Position numbers and translations under genes: made by a program. Below, one piece after another: positions 44,950 through 52,654 of a stretch of DNA of 55,552 nt. The notes under the pieces are model-generated. The model was not told the origin of the DNA. It saw only the letters and a program-made list of their open reading frames with translations, and did no database searches. Every line of letters begins with the position of its first letter. Within the stretch, counting starts at the first letter, position 1. This DNA comes from Pedosphaera sp. (lineage in GTDB: Bacteria; Verrucomicrobiota; Verrucomicrobiia; Limisphaerales; F1-12-MAGs170): positions 1 through 55,552 of the forward strand of contig SIBF01000001.1 in assembly GCA_009695275.1 (NCBI GenBank). The letters run 5' to 3'.

Positions 44950-46407
44950 ATGCAGCATCACAAGCCAAGACTCGAAGATCATTTTCTGACGCGCCGTGAT
45001 TTCCTGCACCGTTGCGGCATGGGCATGGGTGGCCTGAGCCTGGCATCGGTCATGAATTCGGCCGGGCTCCTGGATTCACGGGCTGTTGCCGGCACGGGCG
45101 CGGTTTCACCGATGGCTCCGAAGGCACCCCATTTTGCCGGAAAAGCGAAGCGAGTCATCCACCTCTTCATGAACGGCGGTCCGTCGCAGGTGGACACGTT
45201 CGACCCGAAGCCCGCCCTCAGCCGCCTTGCCGGGAAGCCGCTGCCCACGGAGAATCTCCGCACCGAACGCAAAACCGGCGCGGCATTCGCATCGCCGTTC
45301 AAGTTCAAGAAGTACGGCCAGAGCGGGATTGAAGTCAGCGAGATCTTTGCGAAAACGGCGGAGAGCATCGATGATATTTGTGTCATTCGCTCCATGCACG
45401 CGGATGTTCCGAATCATGAACCATCGCTGATGCTCATGAATTGCGGAGATGCGCGGTCAATCCGCCCCAGCATGGGATCGTGGGTCACGTATGGCTTCGG
45501 CACGGAAAACCAAAACCTGCCCGGCTTCATCTCGATGTGCCCGGGCGGCTACCCGATTCAGGAATCGCAGAACTGGCAGTCGGCTTTCCTGCCCGGCATT
45601 TTTCAGGGCACCTACATCGACACGCAACACACGCAGATGGAGCGCCTGATCGAGCATATCCGTAACAATTACACCTCGATGGCGGAGCAGCGTTCGCAGC
45701 TCGACTTGCTCCATGAATTGAATGTCCGCCACGCCAGGAAGCGTCAGAACGACGCCCAGCTCGAAGCCCGCATCCAATCCTTCGAACTCGCCTACCGGAT
45801 GCAGATGGATGCCACGGACGCTTTCGACATCAGCCGCGAACCCGAACACATCCGCAAAATGTACGGCGAAGGCACTCAAGCCCGGCAGATCCTCATTGCC
45901 CGGCGGTTGATCGAGCGCGGCGTTCGCTTCGTTCAAATCTGGCATGGCTCGGGTCAACCGTGGGACAGCCATGATGACCTGGAGGAGAATCATCGACGAC
46001 TCGCGCAACAGTGCGATCAGGCGATTGGCGCGCTTCTGAAGGATCTGAAGCAACGCGGCATGCTTGAAGACACGCTGGTGATCTGGGGTGGCGAATTCGG
46101 AAGAACACCAACGGTGGAACTTCCCACCCCAGGGTCAAACGCGGGCAAGATCAATGGCCGCGATCATAACCACTACGGTTTCTCCATGTGGCTGGCGGGA
46201 GGCGGAGCGCGCGGAGGACACGTTCACGGAGCCACGGACGAGTTTGGCTATCAGGCCGTCGAAAACAAGGTTCACGTGTACGATCTACAAGCCACGATTC
46301 TCGCGCTGCTCGGCTTCGATCATGAGAAGCTCACGTTCCGCTCGGCGGGCCGGGATTACCGCCTGACAGATGTTCACGGGAAAGTCGTAAGCGACTTGAT
46401 CGCCTGA
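44950..46407 (+). CDS. DUF1501 domain protein (sulfatase-fold), twin-arginine signal
   Basis: Start at ATG 44950 ('MQHHKPRLEDHFLTRRDFLHRCGMGMGGLSLA', a Tat motif). 'HLFMNGGPSQVDTFDPKP', 'IRSMHADVPNHEP' and 'WGGEFGRTP' are DUF1501 hallmarks. Confidence 0.9.
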   Translation: MQHHKPRLEDHFLTRRDFLHRCGMGMGGLSLASVMNSAGLLDSRAVAGTGAVSPMAPKAPHFAGKAKRVIHLFMNGGPSQVDTFDPKPALSRLAGKPLPTENLRTERKTGAAFASPFKFKKYGQSGIEVSEIFAKTAESIDDICVIRSMHADVPNHEPSLMLMNCGDARSIRPSMGSWVTYGFGTENQNLPGFISMCPGGYPIQESQNWQSAFLPGIFQGTYIDTQHTQMERLIEHIRNNYTSMAEQRSQLDLLHELNVRHARKRQNDAQLEARIQSFELAYRMQMDATDAFDISREPEHIRKMYGEGTQARQILIARRLIERGVRFVQIWHGSGQPWDSHDDLEENHRRLAQQCDQAIGALLKDLKQRGMLEDTLVIWGGEFGRTPTVELPTPGSNAGKINGRDHNHYGFSMWLAGGGARGGHVHGATDEFGYQAVENKVHVYDLQATILALLGFDHEKLTFRSAGRDYRLTDVHGKVVSDLIA

Positions 46408-46653
46408 CTCGAAGGCATGATGCCTGCACGGTCTCCGGAGCCGGCGTGAACTATCGATCAACTCGCGCGTCCACCAGGACCGGACGCTTCCATTGGCAGG
46501 AATGGTGCGGGGGAAGCAACAGTGGCTTCATTGGGCTCAGTCCGTGAGCGCAACATCGACACACACCAAACAGCTTCATTCAGTATTCAGCGATACAACG
46601 CCGCTTCCAAATCAGAACGCCGTTACCAGCTCACGACAATCGGGCTCACGGTC

Positions 46654-46684
46654 AAAAAAAACGCCCGCCTGTTTGGCGGGCGTT
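46654..46684 (-). terminator. Rho-independent terminator after the pseudopilin-lipoprotein transcription unit
   Basis: On the minus strand, 'aacgcccgcc-aaaca-ggcgggcgtt' (9-bp GC stem: 46675-46683 pairs with 46661-46669) is followed by T8 (46654-46661). It lies 29 nt downstream of the stop at 46713. Confidence 0.75.
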
Positions 46685-46712
46685 CCTGTAAACAAGTTTG
46701 ATGGATGAGGCG

Positions 46713-47081
46713 TCAGCGCCCCCCGGTGGTGAGACTCCTGATAACCGATACAGCTTCCTGAGCTTTCTGATCAGTCCCGCCAAGCTCACTGATTTTGTCC
46801 CTGGTCTGGCGGGCCAAAACGACAAACTGGGCGATTTGATCTTCGCTCGTTAATCCTTCCTTGACCTTCATGAGGGCAGCTACGGCTCCCTCGTAATCTT
46901 TCTTGGTCACGGCAGCCATGACATCGGCGGCACCTGGCAGCTTTTGGGCCGCATCGGCGCTAACGCCTTCTCCTCCGGGCTCTGGAGGTTTCTTGCCACA
47001 ACCAAAACCGACTACCAGCCCTGCAACAACCAGAGACACAACCAGCAGGTCAACAAAGCCACGGGAGCGTTTCATGCACAT
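46713..47081 (-). CDS. small hypothetical lipoprotein (~120 aa), co-transcribed with pseudopilin 1
   Basis: 'MKRSRGFVDLLVVSLVVAGLVVGFGCGKK' is a signal peptide with a lipobox-like GFGC. The remainder is helical and Ala/Lys-rich. There is a 20-nt gap to the upstream gene and a terminator downstream. No family recognised. Confidence 0.6.
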   Translation of the reverse strand: MCMKRSRGFVDLLVVSLVVAGLVVGFGCGKKPPEPGGEGVSADAAQKLPGAADVMAAVTKKDYEGAVAALMKVKEGLTSEDQIAQFVVLARQTRDKISELGGTDQKAQEAVSVIRSLTTGGR

Positions 47082-47101
47082 CTTGAGCGTCCACTAATCG
47101 A

Positions 47102-47992
47102 CTATTTCTTCCGATAAACCGGCCCATTCAACATGTCATTCGGGACCGGGACTTTCTTGTTAACCATTGCCCAAGCCTTGTTCCATTTCAGAAGTTCAGA
47201 CGAGCCGCCGATACGTCCCACCACCGCACCACCCGCGAGGTTCTTGGCTGAGGCATAGGGCAGTGAAATGTGATTTGGCGCACCAGAATGGCGCAAGGAA
47301 ATCGTTTCGCCGATGGATTCAACGTTGTTGCCTGCGTCATTGAAGAAGAACGGATCGGACTCGTTCTGCTCCCAGAGCATGATGTCCGTCGCCAGGAAGT
47401 CTGTGGTTTTATAAGTCCTGCCTTCCGGACTGAGTCCAGCGACCGGGTATCCGGCGATGGTGCCGTTCATGCAGTAGGAGGTGAGCTTGACAGGCCGCCC
47501 CAACCACGCCGTCTTTTGTTTGCCTTGACCGCGTTGGCTCACGTCCTTCGGGCACCAAAGGATGTTATGTGTGCTCAAGAACGGACCGAGTTGACTGATC
47601 TTGAAGAACTGGAGCTGATTACTGAACTTGACAGAATTTACATCCGCACCGGCAGCAGAAGCCGCAGCAGCAGGCCCGCCCGGGATGCGTCCGTTGTTCT
47701 TGGTCGCGTAGCACCATCCATCCGCGCCGGAGAGATCACCGCCCCAGGTGGGATAAGAATTCAGATCGTTGTTATCCGTCGCGTACATCTGGTTGGCGAG
47801 AAGCACCTGCTTGACGTTGTTTAGGTCGATCGTCAACTGGGCCTTGTCTTTGGCCTTCGAGAGAGCTGGTAATAGCATCCCTGCGAGGATGGCGATGATG
47901 GCGATGACGACCAGAAGCTCAATGAGCGTAAACGCCCGCATGAGGCGCTGGCGTAATGAAAGGACTGGGGTGGGCTGGGCTTTCTTTTGCAT
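47102..47992 (-). CDS. prepilin-type N-terminal cleavage/methylation domain protein (pseudopilin, PVC-type), paralogue 1
   Basis: '[32 protein letters not shown]' follows a 20-aa leader. The C-terminal globular part ends 'LRHSG...[17 protein letters not shown]', resembling the H-X9-DG region of DUF1559-like pseudopilins. Confidence 0.85.
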   Translation of the reverse strand: MQKKAQPTPVLSLRQRLMRAFTLIELLVVIAIIAILAGMLLPALSKAKDKAQLTIDLNNVKQVLLANQMYATDNNDLNSYPTWGGDLSGADGWCYATKNNGRIPGGPAAAASAAGADVNSVKFSNQLQFFKISQLGPFLSTHNILWCPKDVSQRGQGKQKTAWLGRPVKLTSYCMNGTIAGYPVAGLSPEGRTYKTTDFLATDIMLWEQNESDPFFFNDAGNNVESIGETISLRHSGAPNHISLPYASAKNLAGGAVVGRIGGSSELLKWNKAWAMVNKKVPVPNDMLNGPVYRKK

Positions 47993-48051
47993 AATAAGTA
48001 TGTGGCTACGTTACGACTTCGATTTCGGAATCGGTTTGGGACTTGCGACGA

Positions 48052-48079
48052 ATTAGACGGGAAAATCCGGGCAAGTCAA
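48052..48079 (-). promoter_or_regulatory. candidate sigma70-type promoter of pseudopilin 1
   Basis: Minus strand: TTGACT (48079-48074), 16-nt spacer, TCTAAT (48057-48052). It lies about 60 nt upstream of ATG 47992. The same architecture is conserved upstream of paralogue 2. Confidence 0.4.
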
Positions 48080-48267
48080 CTGTGCGTTTCCAAGCACAGA
48101 ATTCCTGAAAAACTGGAGGGTCTTTGAGTGTTCGGCCTGGGAGCTGAACTCCGTGAAGAGACAGGACATAGCATCTATCCACTCAACATCTCTGACCGCG
48201 ACTCCACCGACGGCCATCGCCCGTTCAACCGCTCCATTCCCACTTATTCGAAGCCAATTCCAATGGG

Positions 48268-49182
48268 CTACCGGCTGTAACCTGGGCCGTTGAGAAGCTC
48301 GTTCGGATAGGGAACCTTCTTATTGATGAGATCCCAGCATTTGAACCACTTTACGAAGGCGGCTGAACCCCCGAACTGGCCGACAACAGCACCTCCCGCA
48401 AGTCCCCGTTGCGAAACATTGGCATTCCACCATGCGGGCTGCGCTGAATGGCGCAAGGAAAGTGTTTCGCCGGTCGTCTCGGGATTGTTTCCCGCGTCAT
48501 TGAACATGAATCCGTCAGGGGCTCCAGAAGGTGAAATTTCATTTTGTTCCCACATCTGCCAATCGGTGGCCAAAAAGTCGGAAGTCTTGTATGTCCTGCC
48601 ATTCAGCGCTTTCTGCTTCGGTCCGACATAACCGCCAATGGTCCCATTCCAACAATAGGAAGTGACCTTGATGTTGCGGCCAATCCAGTTCTTCCTCAAC
48701 TTTTCGGACAATTTGCGCGTGGCGACGTCCTTGGGACACCAGGCGGCTTTCACATCCTGAAGATATTCTCCGACCTGACTCGCCTTGAAGAACGCCACTT
48801 GATTGCTGAACTGAATTGAACCGATGTCTTTGCCCTCGCAACCTGGCAGGGTGGTGACGGTGGCACCCGGCACGGGCTTGTTTTTTGTGGAAGTCAGATA
48901 GGCCCAGCCATCGGGGTCGCCCGAACCTGATCCCCAGGTAGGATGCGGCAGAGAATCCTGGTTGTCGCCGCTGTACATGGCGCTCCCCAACAGGATCTGC
49001 TTGACGTTGTTGAGATCGACCGCCATTTGCCCTTTGTCTTTGGCCTTCGAGAGAGCTGGTAACAGCATTCCTGCCAGGATGGCGATGATGGCGATGACGA
49101 CCAGAAGCTCAATGAGCGTAAACGCCCGCATGAGGCGCTGGCGTAATGAAAGGGCTGGGCTGGGCTGGGCTTGCTTTTGCAT
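48268..49182 (-). CDS. prepilin-type N-terminal cleavage/methylation domain protein (pseudopilin, PVC-type), paralogue 2
   Basis: The N-terminal ~60 aa are almost identical to paralogue 1 ('[50 protein letters not shown]'). The C-terminal parts are collinear but diverged. Confidence 0.85.
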   Translation of the reverse strand: MQKQAQPSPALSLRQRLMRAFTLIELLVVIAIIAILAGMLLPALSKAKDKGQMAVDLNNVKQILLGSAMYSGDNQDSLPHPTWGSGSGDPDGWAYLTSTKNKPVPGATVTTLPGCEGKDIGSIQFSNQVAFFKASQVGEYLQDVKAAWCPKDVATRKLSEKLRKNWIGRNIKVTSYCWNGTIGGYVGPKQKALNGRTYKTSDFLATDWQMWEQNEISPSGAPDGFMFNDAGNNPETTGETLSLRHSAQPAWWNANVSQRGLAGGAVVGQFGGSAAFVKWFKCWDLINKKVPYPNELLNGPGYSR

Positions 49183-49290
49183 ATTGTTGGTCTGTGGTTG
49201 CGTTAACGAATTCCTTTGGGAATCGGTTTGGGTATGGGGCGGATTAAAAGGTAATAGCCGGGCAAGTCAACCATGCGTTTCCAAGCACAG
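48997..49290 (-). repeat. duplicated promoter + 5' leader + first ~185 nt of CDS (copy 2; copy 1 is 47807-48100)
   Basis: Offset is 1190-1192 nt. The core 47844-47992 versus 49034-49182 differs at only about 7 positions by eye, while the rest of the two genes is much more diverged. Confidence 0.85.
49243..49270 (-). promoter_or_regulatory. candidate sigma70-type promoter of pseudopilin 2
   Basis: Minus strand: TTGACT (49270-49265), 16-nt spacer, TTTAAT (49248-49243). It is embedded in the block 'ctgtgcttggaaacgca..gttgacttgcccgg' that is shared with paralogue 1. Confidence 0.4.
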
Positions 49291-49481
49291 AACCTCTCAA
49301 AAAGTGGAACATCTTTCAACCATCGCACGAGCTGATCTCCGAAAATTGACACCGCAAAGTGCAGGCATTTTCCTGATATCACTTCGATGAATCGGTTCGC
49401 TGAACATTTGCTTTCCAGGATGCCACTCAACCCTGGCCATGCCCTCTGCTGGTTTTTCATCGATCTAATCATGCACGCAGC

Positions 49482-50039
49482 TCATTTTTGATCACGAATG
49501 CGACGCTTGAGCCACACGCGGGCGTAGGTCCAGAGATCCTCCGCCGTCCGTTTGGGCAGCCCCATCACTGTCGCGGCCTCTTCCATGGTGATCCCAACGA
49601 AATATCGAAGTTTCACCAACTGCGCGGCTGAGGGATCCTCGATTTCCAGTATGCTCAACGCCTCATCGACTGCCAGCAATTCGTCCGGCTGCGCTGCCAG
49701 AATGATGGCCGATTCATCCAATTGTTCATGTTCGACTCCTCCCCCCCGCTTCTGGCTTTTCTTGCGCCGCGCGTGATCAACCAGAATTCGCCGCATTGCT
49801 TCGGCCGCCGCGGCAAAGAAATGCCCTCTGCTCTCCCAATGCTGTTGATTCGCTCCGACGAGCCTCAGCCAGGCTTCATGGACCAATGCGGTGGCTTGAA
49901 GCGTATGTCCTGAAGCCTCCAGGTTCATCCGTTGACCAGCCAGCTTGCGAAGTTCCTCGTACACAAGCGGCAGGAGTTTGTCCGCAGCGCTGGTTTCGCC
50001 CTGTTCAATCTTGTTGAGAATCCGGGTAACCTCGTTCAT
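49482..50039 (-). CDS. ECF-type RNA polymerase sigma factor (TIGR02999-like subgroup)
   Basis: Start at ATG 50039 ('MNEVTRILNKIEQGETSAADKLLPLVYEELRKLAGQRM'). 'TLQATALVHEAWLRL' is region 2. 'LVKLRYFVGITMEEAATVMGLPKRTAEDLWTYARVWL' is the region 4 HTH. Confidence 0.88.
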   Translation of the reverse strand: MNEVTRILNKIEQGETSAADKLLPLVYEELRKLAGQRMNLEASGHTLQATALVHEAWLRLVGANQQHWESRGHFFAAAAEAMRRILVDHARRKKSQKRGGGVEHEQLDESAIILAAQPDELLAVDEALSILEIEDPSAAQLVKLRYFVGITMEEAATVMGLPKRTAEDLWTYARVWLKRRIRDQK

Positions 50040-50267
50040 CTGGATCAACACGTCCAAAGCTTGCACTGGAGAGCGGGTTCGTGCCAGCGGATTAGTCTGC
50101 CACCTGTCAAAGAGCCAGAAACGATTGCCAGCCCCTGTAAAAGTCGAATAACCAGAAAATATTTGAACGAATCCACCTTGATGCCGGTCAAGATTATACG
50201 CGCGTCGATGTAGGGCCTACGAAGGTGCTTTCCTTTGACGCATGCGGAGGTTTGGTCTAAGCCATCA

Positions 50268-51350
50268 ATGCCGATGTTGAAAATGTTCTCCCGAAAAAGC
50301 GTTTGGTCACGCCACGCGTGGGTTATCCCCGCGCTGTTCGTCGGCGCGAGCGCTCAGGCGGGGGAAAAGATACGCTACACCTCCCCAGGCAAATCAACTG
50401 ACACCGATTCGCGCCCGGATCGAAGTTTGAGGGACGATGGTTCAGGACCATTCGACCTCCAGCGTGACCGCCCAGCTGGAGGTGAGGCACCGCCCGTGGC
50501 ACCGCCATCGAGCAATTCCAGATTAAGTCCGAAGACCCTGGAGCTACTTGAGCAGAAGAAGAATTGGATTTTGCGAACGCCATCAGGGTCTGGTGATGCG
50601 GCGCCGAATAAATCATTCACGGTCCGTGAACAGGAATTCGGCGGCCCCGCGAAGAAACCAAGCGGGTTCATTGAGCGCTATTTCGAGCGCGAAGCCGAAG
50701 CGCGCAAGGAGATTTCTGCCAGGACCGGCTCAAAGGACCGGGAAGACTCTCTTCAATCCGATTCCAAGGACGACACCTTGGGCAAGCAGCGTGAAACGAA
50801 TCGAAACCGGGAAGAATCCAACAAATCAGAAGAGTCGAAGCTCGGATCGGATCTGAATTCCTCATCTCTCATCACGAAGCCATCATCCAAGAACGCCATC
50901 GGATCATCGCTCAATTCAGACCTCATCCCTCGCAGCTTTGGAGCTGACAAAGACATATCCGGCACATTCCGTCGAACCCTTGGGAGCTCGACAGACATCC
51001 TGACACCCCAGGAACAACGATTGAAGGACTTCGAAAAGAATGCGCTCGGACGTATTGGATCTGGCATCGCGGTTGACCCGATCAGCACCCTGCAGGATGC
51101 CACGCGCCAGCCTTTGAATCCGGTTCTAGGAGGTTTGTCGGTCTCTCCCAACTCCGGATTGAACACTGGATTGTCCGATGTCGGAGTGACGCCCCTGGCC
51201 GGTGCGGGCATTCGATCCGGGATTATTGACACCTTCGGTTCGCGAGGCCTCGGAGGATCAAGCTTGTCCCCTGGATTCACAATGCCCACCGCCTCTCCAT
51301 TTTTGCACCAACGTCCGGGTGTCCTTGAGATTCCGCGTCGCAGGTTTTGA
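50268..51350 (+). CDS. hypothetical secreted protein, largely low-complexity/disordered (Ser/Asp/Lys/Gly-rich)
   Basis: ATG 50268 ('MPMLKMFSRKSVWSRHAWVIPALFVGASAQAGE', a signal peptide). It is a long open frame divergent from the ECF sigma gene. No recognisable domain, so coding status rests on ORF length and the signal peptide only. Confidence 0.5.
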   Translation: MPMLKMFSRKSVWSRHAWVIPALFVGASAQAGEKIRYTSPGKSTDTDSRPDRSLRDDGSGPFDLQRDRPAGGEAPPVAPPSSNSRLSPKTLELLEQKKNWILRTPSGSGDAAPNKSFTVREQEFGGPAKKPSGFIERYFEREAEARKEISARTGSKDREDSLQSDSKDDTLGKQRETNRNREESNKSEESKLGSDLNSSSLITKPSSKNAIGSSLNSDLIPRSFGADKDISGTFRRTLGSSTDILTPQEQRLKDFEKNALGRIGSGIAVDPISTLQDATRQPLNPVLGGLSVSPNSGLNTGLSDVGVTPLAGAGIRSGIIDTFGSRGLGGSSLSPGFTMPTASPFLHQRPGVLEIPRRRF

Positions 51351-51406
51351 ACTTTGCGGTGGCCACCGTCCTGTTGGATTTGCAGTCAGCAAGGCTTTAA
51401 CAGGCC

Positions 51407-52654
51407 CTAATCCCAGACTCCCACCCGCACAGGCCCGCCAGTCGAAAGAGCCGCTCCTGGTGCCAGATCCACCAGTCCATTCGCCAGGCTAAGGGACTTG
51501 AGTAAATGTGATGCCTGGGTTCCAGCGGAACGAACCTCCCCGCGGCTGTCAATCTGCACCCGGACGAAGTGCCTGCGATCGCCGTGATTCAACAGCGGCT
51601 CGACAAGAATCCCATGCCTAACTGGGAGGTCAACATCCCGCGCACCTTGCATTCGCAACAACGCCGGCCGCACCAGCGTCAGAAAAGTCACGAAGGCCGA
51701 GACGGGGTTGCCCGGAAGTCCAAAAAGAAGCTTTCCATCGCACCTGCCAAACGCGAATGGCTTTCCCGGCTTGATGGCGACTCTCCAAAAATCAAGCTCC
51801 CCCCCAAGTTCAGCAAACGCTGATTTCACGAAATCGAATTCACCAACCGAGACGCCCCCAGCCGTCACCACGACATCACACTCAGCGATGGCAATCGAAA
51901 GCGCTGCTTTGATCGCGACCAGGTTGTCCGGTACAATCGGATACACTCGCGGTTTCACTCCGCACCGTTGAGACAAGGCAGCCAGTGCAAAACGATTACT
52001 CTCGTAAATTTGCCCGGGTGACAGTGGCTCACCTGCAAGGCACAGCTCAGAACCCGTCGCAATGATTCCCAGGACAGGCTGCCGGCCAACCATAATCTCC
52101 CCGAATCCCACTGCGGCGAGCAAAGCGATTTTCCCAGGGGTAACCAAATCTCCAGCATCCGCGACCTGGCCCCCAAGCCGGACATCTTCGGCTCGAAACC
52201 GGATATTTTCCCATGGCCGAACGCAATCCAGCACGGCCACACAGCCTTTCGCCTGGCCTTCTGACTGTGTGTCCTCCTGCATCACCACGGCATCCGAGCC
52301 CTCTGGTAGCGGTGATCCGGTGAAAACTCGCACGCAGGTTCCGACCGAAACCGGAGTTGCTGGCGTTTCACCAGCCGCAACGCGACCGATCAGTTTGAGC
52401 AGTACCGGATTCTCCCGACTTGCTTGTGAAACATCCCCGGCGCGCACGGCAAAACCGTCCATGGCAGAATTGTCGAATGCCGGAAGGTCCACTTCAGAAA
52501 TCAAAGTCCCGCTCAGGTAGCGACCATGTGCTTCTGCCAGCCGCAATCGCTCAACCCCAACGCATCGAACCAATGCAAGGATTCGATCGATGGCTGTTTC
52601 GAGTTCAATCATGGAAGCATGACTCTGGGCGATGGCGCTCCCGAATCCACCCAT
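51407..52654 (-). CDS. moeA: molybdopterin molybdenumtransferase
   Basis: 'IELETAIDRILA', 'LPAFDNSAMDGFAV', 'VRVFTGSPLPEGSDAVVMQE', 'TGSEL', 'IYESN' and 'DVVVTAGGVSVGEFDF' are MoeA signatures. ATG 52654 overlaps the gspE-like stop (TGATG). ATG 52612 is an alternative start. Confidence 0.88.
   Translation of the reverse strand: MGGFGSAIAQSHASMIELETAIDRILALVRCVGVERLRLAEAHGRYLSGTLISEVDLPAFDNSAMDGFAVRAGDVSQASRENPVLLKLIGRVAAGETPATPVSVGTCVRVFTGSPLPEGSDAVVMQEDTQSEGQAKGCVAVLDCVRPWENIRFRAEDVRLGGQVADAGDLVTPGKIALLAAVGFGEIMVGRQPVLGIIATGSELCLAGEPLSPGQIYESNRFALAALSQRCGVKPRVYPIVPDNLVAIKAALSIAIAECDVVVTAGGVSVGEFDFVKSAFAELGGELDFWRVAIKPGKPFAFGRCDGKLLFGLPGNPVSAFVTFLTLVRPALLRMQGARDVDLPVRHGILVEPLLNHGDRRHFVRVQIDSRGEVRSAGTQASHLLKSLSLANGLVDLAPGAALSTGGPVRVGVWD

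Noticed and set aside
46408-46653. 246-bp non-coding stretch between the convergent DUF1501 and lipoprotein genes, scanned for a tRNA, small RNA or second terminator.
   Set aside because: No cloverleaf-compatible arms or T-loop consensus were found. The only hairpin ('aggcat-g-atgcct') has a 1-nt loop. The 71-aa ORF (46493-46708) has no supporting features.
48060-48100. Possible sigma54 (TGGCAC-N5-TTGC) or ECF (GGAAC-N16-CGTC) promoter in the conserved 'cttggaaacgcacagttgac' block upstream of both pseudopilins.
   Set aside because: The GG-to-TTG spacing is 2 nt too long for the -24/-12 consensus. The GGAAAC-to-CGTC distance is about 26 nt, far beyond ECF spacing. The TTGACT-N16-TnTAAT reading fits better.
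49203-49472. 89-aa minus-strand ORF between the ECF sigma gene and pseudopilin 2, considered as a possible small anti-sigma factor.
   Set aside because: Its 3' part overlaps the conserved promoter and 5' leader block shared with pseudopilin 1, which points to non-coding conservation. It has no transmembrane or zinc-binding motif and an odd composition (Cys/Trp/Phe-rich). It is probably intergenic.
49741-49747. C7 (G7 on the coding strand) homopolymer inside the ECF sigma gene, as a possible slipped-strand phase-variation switch.
   Set aside because: The tract is short for efficient slippage. It encodes a plausible 'RGGG' linker between sigma regions 2 and 4. There is no evidence of frame disruption.
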